A stretch of 64,000 nucleotides of DNA, from positions 60,732 to 124,731 of the IMG/VR virus record IMGVR_UViG_3300037512_000782, one strand, 5' to 3'. Below are positions 46,704 to 56,336 of the stretch, one piece after another. This stretch comes from a virus. Lineage: Duplodnaviria; Heunggongvirae; Uroviricota; Caudoviricetes. Within the stretch, counting starts at the first letter, position 1. Each line of letters opens with the position of its first letter. The position numbers and the translations under genes were made by a program. The notes under the pieces are model-generated. The model did not search any database. It saw only the letters and a list, made by a program, of their open reading frames with translations, and was not told where the DNA came from.

Positions 46704-47474
46704 ATGGCAGAGATTTACAAGCAAACGAAGCAAGCATTTGACCAAAGCGTCTACGCATACTTGGTGAAGCGTCTCCGTGAACCAGTGGAAGATACGGACG
46801 CCTACGGCTGCGGATTCATTGACGAACGCGGCGCGGAAACCCAGTCTGCAAGTACAAATTCTAATGCCAAGTGGGCATACACCGACTTGGACAAGCTCAT
46901 ATTCTTCATGAAGTCGGCCATGGGTTCCGCCGTCGATACGCTTCCAAACGTGTTCGACTGGATCGACTCTCTGGCCATCATGAACCAAGTGGATCTTGTG
47001 AAGAATGTTCCGGTCTATCGAAAGGTGATCGGCCTCGTGGAAGAGATTTCGTATCTTCCGGCAGAGAACCGTGGCGAAGGCAAGATGCAACCCAACGCCG
47101 ATGATGCGAGCTTGACGATGGAACAGCGACTGCAGCGAGCTTTCACTTGCGCCCAGTTCCTCATGCACTGCATCATAAACAACGGCACGGTACAGAGCGA
47201 GAACTTCATGACCAATACGTTCGATACCGACGTGCTGGCCGCTACCGAAGCTACCTTCAACATCCGTTCCGTTGGAACATACCGAGATATCGTGGACTTC
47301 TTGAAGAAGGGTCGCGTTATCGACTATGCGTCCGTCAAGCCGGAAGGATATGCGCTTGCCGTAAGGATTGCGAAGGCGTTGATGACTTCTGCAGATACGA
47401 TTTTCAACAAAGATTTAACAAATTCACTGAACGAAGCCAAATCATGGAGGACTCTGTCGACGTATGCCGGATAA
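46704..47474 (+). CDS. hypothetical protein
   Basis: start reassigned to ATG 46704 behind AGGAG. Confidence 0.75.
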   Translation: MAEIYKQTKQAFDQSVYAYLVKRLREPVEDTDAYGCGFIDERGAETQSASTNSNAKWAYTDLDKLIFFMKSAMGSAVDTLPNVFDWIDSLAIMNQVDLVKNVPVYRKVIGLVEEISYLPAENRGEGKMQPNADDASLTMEQRLQRAFTCAQFLMHCIINNGTVQSENFMTNTFDTDVLAATEATFNIRSVGTYRDIVDFLKKGRVIDYASVKPEGYALAVRIAKALMTSADTIFNKDLTNSLNEAKSWRTLSTYAG

Positions 47475-47667
47475 GCGTCAAATGTTCAACGGCGTCCCGT
47501 GTTTCAAGGTTGACGCTGACGATTTCATGTACATCGCGGCATGCGCCACGATGAAGAAGCGTCTTCTGTCCAAGAATATCAAGAACGACGAGCTGCGTGA
47601 GTTCTATGTGTCCTCTCGTACGCCGAAGTTCACCGTTGACTATGATGGAGTACTTTTACAGTGGTAA
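47464..47667 (+). CDS. small hypothetical protein preceding the portal gene
   Basis: 67 aa with GGAGG upstream. Confidence 0.6.
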   Translation: MPDKRQMFNGVPCFKVDADDFMYIAACATMKKRLLSKNIKNDELREFYVSSRTPKFTVDYDGVLLQW

Positions 47668-47676
47668 GGGAAGCTT

Positions 47677-49377
47677 ATGCTAGTTAAGAAGAACAAAGAA
47701 AACGACAATATAGCCACAAGGCTCCTTAGCCATGTGAGGGATTACGGTCAGGCGAACGAGCGCGGTGCCATTTTCGACCGAGTGTTCAACCGTGGTGACG
47801 TTGTTCGTCAGATTCGCGCTTCACGTAACGTGGTCGGCCAAGGCATCAACCAGATGCTCTCTCCGGACGGTTCCGCCGTCGACGGATTCAGCATGTACAT
47901 GCCAGCGCTCGGTATCAGCGGTTCGAACAAGATCGATCCGGACAAGATACAGAACGCGATTGCCGAGAACCAAGCCCAGCTATACTGGAAGAAGAACCAA
48001 GAACGCGCTCGCAAGTACGACACGGTCGCATCTCGTTCTGAAGTGAACGAGTCCTTAATACAGATCTGTAACGAGGCCGTGTACAAGGACGACGTGGACG
48101 AAATCTGCTCGCTCGACATCGACCATGACGCCGCTATCGGCGATCCTGTGCGCAAGAAGCTCGGCAAGATATTCCGTCAGACGGTTCTCCGCCGCATCAT
48201 GAAGTTCCACCAAGACGGCTGGGAGTACATGAAGTACCTCTTGACTCGTGGCCGTATCTTCTTTGAAGTTATCTACGATCCCAATACTGGCAATATCGAA
48301 GGCGTGAACATGCTGCCGGAAGAGCACATGATCATCGTCGTTCAGGACAACTTGATTATCGGCTATCGCCAGATGCTTACTGGTACGATGGCCTCGCAGA
48401 ATAACGGCAAGAATTATATCGATTTCTCGCCGAACCAGATTCTGTACGCATCCCTCGGCATGACTGGCCCCGGCGGCGTCAATGACCCTCGTTCCATCTT
48501 GGAACCAGCGATGAAGCCGTACAACCAATTGAATACGATTGAAGACTCCGTCGTGATGTACCGTGTCCTCTGGGGTTCAGAAAAGCTTGTTCTAAAGGTT
48601 GACGTGTCTGGTATGACGAAGGCTACTGCCGAGAAGTTCATGAAAGACCAAGCGAAGATGTTCTCTCGTCGTCTCGATTACAACTCGATGACTGGTGAAG
48701 TGACCAACTTCGGTACGTCACCTGGCCTTACCGAACACTTCATCATCGGTGTGGGTAACGGTCGTACTGGTTCCAGCATTGAACGTATGCAAGGCGGTGC
48801 CGAGCTTGGAAACATCGATGACTTGAAGTTCTTCAAGCGCAACTTGGTGAACTCCTTGATGGTTCCGCCGGGACGTATCACCGCTTTGGCTGGCGACTCC
48901 CAGAATTACTCACAAGGTAAGATCGGTGAAGTCACTCAGGCCGAAGTCTCGTTTGCTCGCCTCGTGCAGCGCTATCAGACTCCGTTCGAGACGATTCTTA
49001 TTCGTCTGTTCGTGATGGTGCTGAATACTGACAACACGATCGACGACTCTATCAAGCTGCAAGAGTTCTATACAGTGCGCTTCCGCAAGTCCAACGGTTT
49101 CCAGAACTTCATCGACTCCGAAGTTTGGACGACGAAGCTCGCCGTGTTCGACTCGATGATGAAGCACGTGTCCTCGAAGGAAAATCCGAACGGCGCTCTC
49201 TCGAAGCAAGCCGCGTTGCGCTGGGGTCTGCGTCTCAACGACGAACAGTACAACCTCAACAAGGCTTGGTGCAAAGAAGAGAAGGCCGAAGAATCTGGCG
49301 AAGCTACTGGCGACGAAGGCGGTGGCGAAGCCTCTGGCGGCGCACCGGATGCTGGTGGCGGAATGCCTGGAATGTAG
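47677..49377 (+). CDS. gp20: portal protein (T4 gp20-like)
   Basis: LEPAMKPYNQLNTIEDSVVMYR, VDVSGM, LGNIDDLKFFKRNL..SLMVPPGR, EVSFARLVQR. Confidence 0.93.
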   Translation: MLVKKNKENDNIATRLLSHVRDYGQANERGAIFDRVFNRGDVVRQIRASRNVVGQGINQMLSPDGSAVDGFSMYMPALGISGSNKIDPDKIQNAIAENQAQLYWKKNQERARKYDTVASRSEVNESLIQICNEAVYKDDVDEICSLDIDHDAAIGDPVRKKLGKIFRQTVLRRIMKFHQDGWEYMKYLLTRGRIFFEVIYDPNTGNIEGVNMLPEEHMIIVVQDNLIIGYRQMLTGTMASQNNGKNYIDFSPNQILYASLGMTGPGGVNDPRSILEPAMKPYNQLNTIEDSVVMYRVLWGSEKLVLKVDVSGMTKATAEKFMKDQAKMFSRRLDYNSMTGEVTNFGTSPGLTEHFIIGVGNGRTGSSIERMQGGAELGNIDDLKFFKRNLVNSLMVPPGRITALAGDSQNYSQGKIGEVTQAEVSFARLVQRYQTPFETILIRLFVMVLNTDNTIDDSIKLQEFYTVRFRKSNGFQNFIDSEVWTTKLAVFDSMMKHVSSKENPNGALSKQAALRWGLRLNDEQYNLNKAWCKEEKAEESGEATGDEGGGEASGGAPDAGGGMPGM

Positions 49378-49381
49378 TGTT

Positions 49382-49407
49382 AAAGGTGGTCATTCGACCA
49401 CCTTTTT
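49382..49407 (+). terminator. intrinsic terminator
   Basis: AAAGGTGGTC-ATTC-GACCACCTTTTT. Confidence 0.8.
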
Positions 49408-49534
49408 CATTTCAATGTAGGTTTTTGGCACTTTTTTCACGGCGTTTTTTGAGACCCCTAAACATTATAACAAGAAACGCCTATCAGAGTAGTACCGCTG
49501 GTGCTGCCGAGAAGGCACAACAGAAGGACTACTT

Positions 49535-51028
49535 ATGCAGACTCTTCAGAAAAAGAACCTCTCGAATAAGTGGCGCACCATTCTTGAATCCAACCTTGGT
49601 CGTCCTATTCGTACTCGCGCTGAAGCCAGCGTGATTGCTACCTTGCTGGAAAACCAGAACAAGGTTAACCGTGGCGCTATGCTTGAATCTGCCAACGTCT
49701 CCGCTGACGTTGCTCAATATCAGCAGTACGCTCTCCCGATGATCCGTCGTCAGTTCCCGGAACTGCTCGCCATGAACACGGTGACTGTGATTCCGACAAC
49801 GACTCCGCAGGGCATCTATTTTGCTCTTCGTTATCTTTATGATAACGAACCGCTCAAGACCACTGCATTCCGTCGCGGTCAGAAGCAAGAAATTGGCTAC
49901 GATCTCGTAGCTGACCACACTGGTTTCGCTGGCACTTTCAACCCGTGGACTACTGGCCGTGGTGAAATGTTGTCCAACTACATGGAAGGTACTGGTGTTA
50001 ACGGTGCTTCCGCTAACGGCAACACTTTCGATCCAGAAGAACCGGGTCTCCTCTACAACAACTTTGGTGGCTCTTACCTCGCTGGCAACGACCAGTACGG
50101 TGACCTCTCCTTCAACATCAAGAAGGCTTCCATCAAGGTGATCAGCGGTGCCATCCGTGTTGGTACTCGCGCCATCAAGTCTCACTACACGATCGAATTG
50201 CAGCAAGATATGGCTGCTGCTCATGGTCAGGACGTTGAAGCCCTTCTCCTCGAAGGTCTCCAGTTTGAGATCCAGCAGAACATCGACCGTGAAATCCTCC
50301 AGGCCATGGTGCTTGTTGCTCAGACTCCGGCTCTCGGTGGTGAAGCAGCAATCCAGATGGACTTGGCTGACAAGAACATCCTCAACGCTGGTATGGGCCG
50401 CTGGGCCGCAGAACGTATCGCTGGTGGTATCGTGAATACTATCATCGCCGTATCTCGCAAGATCGCTCTTACGACTCGTATGGGCTGCGGTAACTTCGCA
50501 ATCATCTCCCCGGATATTGCTGCTGCTGTCGCAACTCTCAACAACGGTATCTATACGCCGACTTACCTCCAGACCGACGCTGCTGTGCAGCCGAGTGGTG
50601 GTGTGGCCGACGCTGGTAGCCTCTTGAATGGCAACATCAAGCTGTATCAGGACATCTACGCTCAGGCTTCTTACGCCCTCATCGGTTACAAGGGCCCGCG
50701 TCAGGGTGAGTCTGGTATCATCATGATGCCTTACATCCCATATATCTTCTGTAAGACCGCTGGTCAGGAAGATGGTTCTCCGCGTCTCATTGTCAAGTCT
50801 CGTTACGCCATTGTTGCGAACTTGCTCGGCGCTGGTCAGTTCTACCGTGTCATCCACTTCTCCAACGTCAACACTGTTATCACTGGCATCGACCTTGATA
50901 ACATGCCGTGGCAGTCTAACGGTTCGCTCGCTGGTGCTTCGCTCCAGGCTGGCCTCTCTTACGAGACTGTTCCGAATGGCGTGGTGAACGTGCCGGGTGG
51001 CCTCTCTTACGAAGACAACAACTGGTAA
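49535..51028 (+). CDS. gp23: major capsid protein (T4 gp23-like)
   Basis: LLENQ, PMIRRQFPELLA, GIYFALR, TRAIKSHYTIELQQDMAAAHGQDVE, IDREI, MPYIP, KSRYAIVAN. Confidence 0.96.
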   Translation: MQTLQKKNLSNKWRTILESNLGRPIRTRAEASVIATLLENQNKVNRGAMLESANVSADVAQYQQYALPMIRRQFPELLAMNTVTVIPTTTPQGIYFALRYLYDNEPLKTTAFRRGQKQEIGYDLVADHTGFAGTFNPWTTGRGEMLSNYMEGTGVNGASANGNTFDPEEPGLLYNNFGGSYLAGNDQYGDLSFNIKKASIKVISGAIRVGTRAIKSHYTIELQQDMAAAHGQDVEALLLEGLQFEIQQNIDREILQAMVLVAQTPALGGEAAIQMDLADKNILNAGMGRWAAERIAGGIVNTIIAVSRKIALTTRMGCGNFAIISPDIAAAVATLNNGIYTPTYLQTDAAVQPSGGVADAGSLLNGNIKLYQDIYAQASYALIGYKGPRQGESGIIMMPYIPYIFCKTAGQEDGSPRLIVKSRYAIVANLLGAGQFYRVIHFSNVNTVITGIDLDNMPWQSNGSLAGASLQAGLSYETVPNGVVNVPGGLSYEDNNW

Positions 51029-51064
51029 TCGTACTACGTGAATTGCTAGTAAGATAGAAACTAA

Positions 51065-51099
51065 GAAAGCGACGAAGTAATTCGTCGCTTTCCTTTTTT
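51065..51099 (+). terminator. intrinsic terminator after gp23
   Basis: GAAAGCGACGAA-GTAA-TTCGTCGCTTTC then CTTTTTT. Confidence 0.85.
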
Positions 51100-51169
51100 A
51101 TGCGTAAATAACAATTCACAACTTATTAACAATCATATAAACTACTGCATAACTGAGCGGTAGTTTTTG

Positions 51170-51346
51170 ATGAATCCCAAGGATAGTAAACAGTTATTGA
51201 CTGCAGTCTTGAATAATGACACAGCGACGGTCAAGCAGATTGTCGGCGCGTACTTCGAGTCGTGTTATGCGTCAGAGCTGGAGAATGCGTCCAAGGCCAT
51301 CATGGAGTCTATCGGCAATGAGGGGAAGGCTTTGTATGGCAACTAA
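51170..51346 (+). CDS. small prohead core protein candidate (gp67-like position), 58 aa, absent from the ORF track
   Basis: MNPKDSKQLLTAVLNND...YFES...IMES...LYGN; TATAAACT at 51136-43; overlaps the protease start. Confidence 0.65.
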   Translation: MNPKDSKQLLTAVLNNDTATVKQIVGAYFESCYASELENASKAIMESIGNEGKALYGN

Positions 51347-52100
51347 TCAATTATACGGCGACGTGATTTTCGAAGGATCCTCGGCGGCAATGGTTGACCG
51401 CAAGGATATTTTTGGAAATAACGTTAAACGCTTGATTATCGAAGGCACGGCTATCCGCTGTAATATTCCCGGTATTAACAACCGCGCCTATCCGAAGCGT
51501 ATTATTGAACGCGAAATGAACCGTCTTATCAAGGACTTTGTCGTCCGTGGTCGTCTCGCTGCTTCGTTGAACCATCCTCGCTTGGGCACAGACGGCACCG
51601 CGAAGGACTATCCTATTTTTGAAATGGACTTGATGTCCATCTGCGCCTTGATCGAAGACCTCCACATGGAAGGCGACGATCTCAAGGTTCGCATGGTCGT
51701 TATGGAAGAGACTGCTGCTGGTAGGCAGCTCGCCGCATTGATCCGTGGCGGCTATCATCCGGGTTTCTCTCTGCGTGGCGCTGGAAGCACCATCGAAATG
51801 GGAGACCATGAGGAAATCTCCGACGACTATACGATGATCACTATTGACGTTGTTGGTAATCCGTCATTTGGACAAGAAGCGATTTTCACTGCCAGACAAG
51901 AATCTGCAGAGTCTACTGGCAAGGCTCCGTTGACCGAATCTGTGACAGGACCACGACCGCTGGTCGAATCTGTTACGGATGTTATGAACCGTTACGGACG
52001 TGAAATCGAACACAACTACAGAAACTTTGTGGTTGGATTTGGTCGTTATGACAAAACTGGACTAATTTCTGCATTGCGAGGCTTCAACACATGCAATTAA
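51336..52100 (+). CDS. gp21: prohead protease (T4 gp21-like)
   Basis: LIIEG, NNRAYP, LNHP, TAAGR, GFSLRGAGS, IDVVGNPS; start reassigned to ATG 51336. Confidence 0.92.
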   Translation: MATNQLYGDVIFEGSSAAMVDRKDIFGNNVKRLIIEGTAIRCNIPGINNRAYPKRIIEREMNRLIKDFVVRGRLAASLNHPRLGTDGTAKDYPIFEMDLMSICALIEDLHMEGDDLKVRMVVMEETAAGRQLAALIRGGYHPGFSLRGAGSTIEMGDHEEISDDYTMITIDVVGNPSFGQEAIFTARQESAESTGKAPLTESVTGPRPLVESVTDVMNRYGREIEHNYRNFVVGFGRYDKTGLISALRGFNTCN

Positions 52101-53008
52101 GCTCAGTACTTACAGAAGAAGAAATGGCCGGAATAAATCCGGAAATCGTTGCGAAGATCGAATCGGCTTGCAACGGTGAAATTGCCGCCGCCCAAGAGGA
52201 CAGCAAGGACAAGCAGCGCAAGCAAGTAAACCAGATGCTTGAAGCCGTCTCCTCGAAGGCCGAAACCATGATCGCCGAGGCAGTATCGGAGAATGTTGCG
52301 AAGATGAAGACCAGTGCGATTAACGACCGCATGTTCAAGGTTCTCAGCGCAATGTCAGCCGTGCTTGAAAGCGCCGGAATTACTATCAGCCTCAACGGAA
52401 CGACTTCCGAAGAGACCAAGAAGCTCCGCGACTTGCTGGCTCAAGCCAATAACAAGCTCAAGACGGCCTACGCCGAACGCGAGAACTTGAAGGACAAGCT
52501 GAACGAGGCCGAGAAGAAGTCCTACATCATGCGCCTCGTGCAGGGAATGAAGCCGAACGTGGTTCAAGCTGTCATGGCTCACTTCGTCAACTATGACGTT
52601 CGCGACATCACTTCCGACAGTATCATGAAGTTCATCGACGGTTCTTCTAACGATGTGTTCATGATGGATGTAGACCCAGAGCGTGACGGAAAGCTCAATA
52701 TGGACAATGTGGTAAACGCATTGAAGGATATTGACGCCGAACTCGACCGCGAGAACAAGCTTGAATCTATCGACGGCGTGTTCGAATGCGACGAGACCGA
52801 GGAAACTCCGAAGACTACGCCGAAGATCGAATCCCTTACCAAGGGACTCAAGCCGCAACGCGCCAATCTGTCCGCTGGCATGGATACGTTGTTCGAGGAT
52901 GTTAACGCCGAGTACGTTGAAATTCCGACGGACGATGCTTCCGATATCGAAACCGCCATGTCGAATGTCAAGGCTTTCGAAAACCTCGGACTCGGAAAAT
53001 TTGCCTAA
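52091..53008 (+). CDS. prohead core scaffold protein (gp22-like)
   Basis: follows gp21; acidic, helical, several xES/xEA sites. Confidence 0.65.
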   Translation: MQLSSVLTEEEMAGINPEIVAKIESACNGEIAAAQEDSKDKQRKQVNQMLEAVSSKAETMIAEAVSENVAKMKTSAINDRMFKVLSAMSAVLESAGITISLNGTTSEETKKLRDLLAQANNKLKTAYAERENLKDKLNEAEKKSYIMRLVQGMKPNVVQAVMAHFVNYDVRDITSDSIMKFIDGSSNDVFMMDVDPERDGKLNMDNVVNALKDIDAELDRENKLESIDGVFECDETEETPKTTPKIESLTKGLKPQRANLSAGMDTLFEDVNAEYVEIPTDDASDIETAMSNVKAFENLGLGKFA

Positions 53009-53030
53009 TAACCTCCTTGTTGGCTCCGAA

Positions 53031-53060
53031 GGGGCTCGGTCGCAAGACCGGGCCTCTTTT
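53031..53060 (+). terminator. intrinsic terminator
   Basis: GGGGCTCGGTC-GCAA-GACCGGGCCTC then TTTT. Confidence 0.8.
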
Positions 53061-53122
53061 AGTGTAATTTATCTACCTAGACGAAATGTGCCTAACTGAT
53101 AAACTAGGCGTGTAGAGGATTT

Positions 53123-53761
53123 ATGAAACAACCAGACTACACTACCATTGCCCCTCGTGGACAGACGCAAGTCAACCAGAACGCGAATCCGTATGGATAT
53201 TCGCAGAACGGATATCCGCCGCAGAATAACGGTTATCCGCAAGGCGGCTATGTACCTCAGAACAACGGCTACGTTTACAATCAGCCGAACAACGGATATC
53301 CTAACGCTGGATACGTACCGCCGAACCAAGACCAGAACGGCGTGTTCATTCCGACACAGGTCAACATCGGTGAAGGTTCCCAAGAGTTCAGAAACGCATA
53401 TCAGAACAACTTGAACCGTTTCAACGAAGTAAACCGCAAGGTCAAGGAAGGCATCAACCAGAGCGAAGCTGTACAGCGTGTCAAGGAAATGTCCTCTTAT
53501 AAGACGAAGGTCGAGACCGACTGGAAGGACGACGTGCAAGGTGCCGCCATCAATCCGGAAATGATGCTGACCTTTATCGAGAACCTTTGTGTGTCCTTGA
53601 AGAACCCGCAAGAATGGCTTCCGCCCAAGTGCGAGAAGTATTTCGAACCGTTCAGCAAGAAGTCTGAACCGATCGTGCAAGCTCTCAAGAACACTGGCAA
53701 TACAATCAGAAAACTGTGCGGTATGCCGCTTCCAGAAGCTGCACAGCCGCCGAAGGGATAA
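53123..53761 (+). CDS. hypothetical protein with N/Q/G/Y/P low-complexity N-terminus
   Basis: repeated (N)NGYP/GYVP units; late motif at 53098-53105; GAGGA RBS. Confidence 0.75.
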   Translation: MKQPDYTTIAPRGQTQVNQNANPYGYSQNGYPPQNNGYPQGGYVPQNNGYVYNQPNNGYPNAGYVPPNQDQNGVFIPTQVNIGEGSQEFRNAYQNNLNRFNEVNRKVKEGINQSEAVQRVKEMSSYKTKVETDWKDDVQGAAINPEMMLTFIENLCVSLKNPQEWLPPKCEKYFEPFSKKSEPIVQALKNTGNTIRKLCGMPLPEAAQPPKG

Positions 53762-53767
53762 TGACCT

Positions 53768-56332
53768 ATGGGCACACCGTCAATCATTTTAGGCTACTAT
53801 ACATTTCCGTTTGCTGAAATCCATGCACCGATAGAAGTGTTTGCCATCGACGAGAATGGTGATGAAGACGGTCGTGTCCGTTCAGTTGAACTGGAAGCGA
53901 TAAACGGTGTGTCAAATGGCTTTTATTTGACACTTGAAGGTGAAGAAAATGTACTGCTTAATATTCCTCCTCTATACGCTGGTGAATCCGAAGTCTATCG
54001 GAAAATACCGTTAAGATTTGTTATTGGATATATCGACGTAGACAAGGACGAATTCGACAAGAACGGCCTAGACTACTACGAAGAAGACGACCTGACCTAC
54101 AAGCGTGTAGATGTCAATGTATTTGCAACTGTCTTCGGTCAAGAACTCCCAACAATCACTTATGTCGAAAATCTGGCGTCTCGTGTTGACGAGGCGGCCT
54201 CTGTTGTTGTGCATGGCACGAACATGACTGACGGCTTGAGTATCAAGCTGACAAACGGCGAGACGGAATATGTTGTTCCTCCAGAAGATATCGAATTCGA
54301 CATAGATGAAGACGGTGTCGGCACGGCGACCTTTACGGTCTATCCGGGAATGCTCGCCACTGACGGCAACGGTTCCGAACCGTGTGCCCAGTACGACATC
54401 TATTTCAGTTATGAAAAACAAGTGTTCGGCGATCCGAGCATTGGCTTGATCCGTTATAAGTACGATAGCGAAACCGATGAACAGCAGCGCTATTCTACCG
54501 AAGGCGTGACCATCGAGAAGGAGTGTTACCAGACTGGCTCGATGTCGCTTGTGTATGACTCGGTTGACGAGAATGGAAACGCCGTATTGAACGCGGCGGC
54601 TGACCCTCGGTTTGGTAAAGACATCTATTTCAAGATTGACCCAGATGCCGAATGTACCGATTACTTCTATACGATGGTGCGCTTGAAGTACAACAAGAAC
54701 TTGACGCACAAGGCTGGATTGCTGAAGCTTAATGGCATTCAGCTGCTGGACGGCGATGTCGTATGGCTGGCTCATCAGACCATTGAAGAAGAAAATGGCT
54801 TGTGGGTGGTACATGCGGGAAGCTGGCAAGGATTCAATCAAGAGAGCGCTGGTTGTGAAATCGACTGCTATCGAGTCCCTACTCCGATGCCAGTCGATGA
54901 CAAGGTGTTGGTTGATTTGGGAGCTCGCGCAAGCTATCCGGTCGATTATGTGTGCCGTGACAATGTACCATACAAGTGCGGCTCTCGTACGATATGCAAT
55001 TACAAGGTATCTCCTGGTAATGTGGTCGCGTTGCTAAATCAAGAAAACGGCGAAGACGGAATTTATTTGGTCACTTGCGGCAACTGGGTGAAACTCGCCG
55101 ATTTGCTGGAGTCCGATGTCAATGGCACGACTGTCGATTTCACTTCAAGGATTATCGTGCAAAACGATATTGATTTTTGTAAGTGCGGCGGACTGTTCCA
55201 CATTGACTACTATTTCTTGACGCCGTCTTGCTACATGCATCATCTGCAGCGCACCGTTAAGATTATCTGCGCTGGAGCTTCTATTGCGCCGAACGCGGAA
55301 GGGCACCAGTTCCGTATCACGGAATACCAGATTAGGGTCGGTGAGGAAGATGCTTTGATTGGCAATAACGGAAGGACGCCGGGTGACCCAGTGAAGGAAA
55401 CTTGCGTTGTCGATAACGAAGATTTTGATTACGACTTCGGACTGGGTCTTATTGAGCATAGACAGTTTGAACAAGATCCGAAGTGCATCCAGACTCCAAT
55501 GTGCGATAGTATTTGCGACGTTCCTCGCATCTATAATCTTCGCATGCCAGCTGGCTACAGCAATAGCAATGACCGCAACGGATTTACGATAAAGTTCTGG
55601 CGTCTTGAGGACGATGGATGGCATCTGTATGCCTATGTCGCGTCTGGTACTCAGATGACCGGAATGGATTACTACGTATATCACTTGCATGTAAAGGGTA
55701 AGGCTACCGAATCTATGGTCGATGTAAATGAACACGACTGGTTCTCCGAGACTACTGGCGTCATTGCTGGCGGTGATTCTGGAGATGCCTTTGGTATATG
55801 CGATGATAAGTGGGAATTCCTTATTGGGTACGATGCTGATGACAAGCCAGTAACCAGAAACGGTCTGGACAGCGAGACGCTGTATATGCCGTGGCGCATA
55901 TCTTGTACTACGAATTTGTTTGCGCATAGCTATCCGCATTCGACGCTGCGTACGACATGCGCTGATATGGATGATGCGGCCAAGATGATTGATGCAGTTG
56001 GTGATATGTGTGAAGACTGCAACGGAACTGGCGTCGATCCGGAAACTGGATTGGTTTGCCAGACGTGCGACGGCGATGGAAAGAACCCGGACGGATACCT
56101 TGTCGGTATGAAACATTTGTTCGGAGTCGCATATTACACCACTACTATGAGCAAGGGACAGTTTGTCGCTGAATATAACCAGTACGATCCGAACTGTATC
56201 TGGTATGTCGTCAATGAAGTTCTTGTTACTGATGACGACGGCATGGACTATACCTATGGCGGAAATCCAATTCACACGCCGTTTGAAACGGATAGAAGCA
56301 ACGAAAACGAACATGAGGTTTTGAGGAGATAG
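53768..56332 (+). CDS. Cys-rich structural/fibre-like protein
   Basis: two copies of a phage structural-protein motif (GDVVWLAHQT..ENGLWVV..GSW; GNVVALLNQ..EDGIYLV..GNW), IPT-like segment, CEDCNGTG/CQTCDGDG. Confidence 0.7.
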   Translation: MGTPSIILGYYTFPFAEIHAPIEVFAIDENGDEDGRVRSVELEAINGVSNGFYLTLEGEENVLLNIPPLYAGESEVYRKIPLRFVIGYIDVDKDEFDKNGLDYYEEDDLTYKRVDVNVFATVFGQELPTITYVENLASRVDEAASVVVHGTNMTDGLSIKLTNGETEYVVPPEDIEFDIDEDGVGTATFTVYPGMLATDGNGSEPCAQYDIYFSYEKQVFGDPSIGLIRYKYDSETDEQQRYSTEGVTIEKECYQTGSMSLVYDSVDENGNAVLNAAADPRFGKDIYFKIDPDAECTDYFYTMVRLKYNKNLTHKAGLLKLNGIQLLDGDVVWLAHQTIEEENGLWVVHAGSWQGFNQESAGCEIDCYRVPTPMPVDDKVLVDLGARASYPVDYVCRDNVPYKCGSRTICNYKVSPGNVVALLNQENGEDGIYLVTCGNWVKLADLLESDVNGTTVDFTSRIIVQNDIDFCKCGGLFHIDYYFLTPSCYMHHLQRTVKIICAGASIAPNAEGHQFRITEYQIRVGEEDALIGNNGRTPGDPVKETCVVDNEDFDYDFGLGLIEHRQFEQDPKCIQTPMCDSICDVPRIYNLRMPAGYSNSNDRNGFTIKFWRLEDDGWHLYAYVASGTQMTGMDYYVYHLHVKGKATESMVDVNEHDWFSETTGVIAGGDSGDAFGICDDKWEFLIGYDADDKPVTRNGLDSETLYMPWRISCTTNLFAHSYPHSTLRTTCADMDDAAKMIDAVGDMCEDCNGTGVDPETGLVCQTCDGDGKNPDGYLVGMKHLFGVAYYTTTMSKGQFVAEYNQYDPNCIWYVVNEVLVTDDDGMDYTYGGNPIHTPFETDRSNENEHEVLRR

Positions 56333-56336
56333 ATTT

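Noticed and set aside
49426-49441. TGGCAC upstream of the capsid gene as a sigma54 promoter
   Set aside because: Lacks GC at the -12 position (GG-N10-AC)
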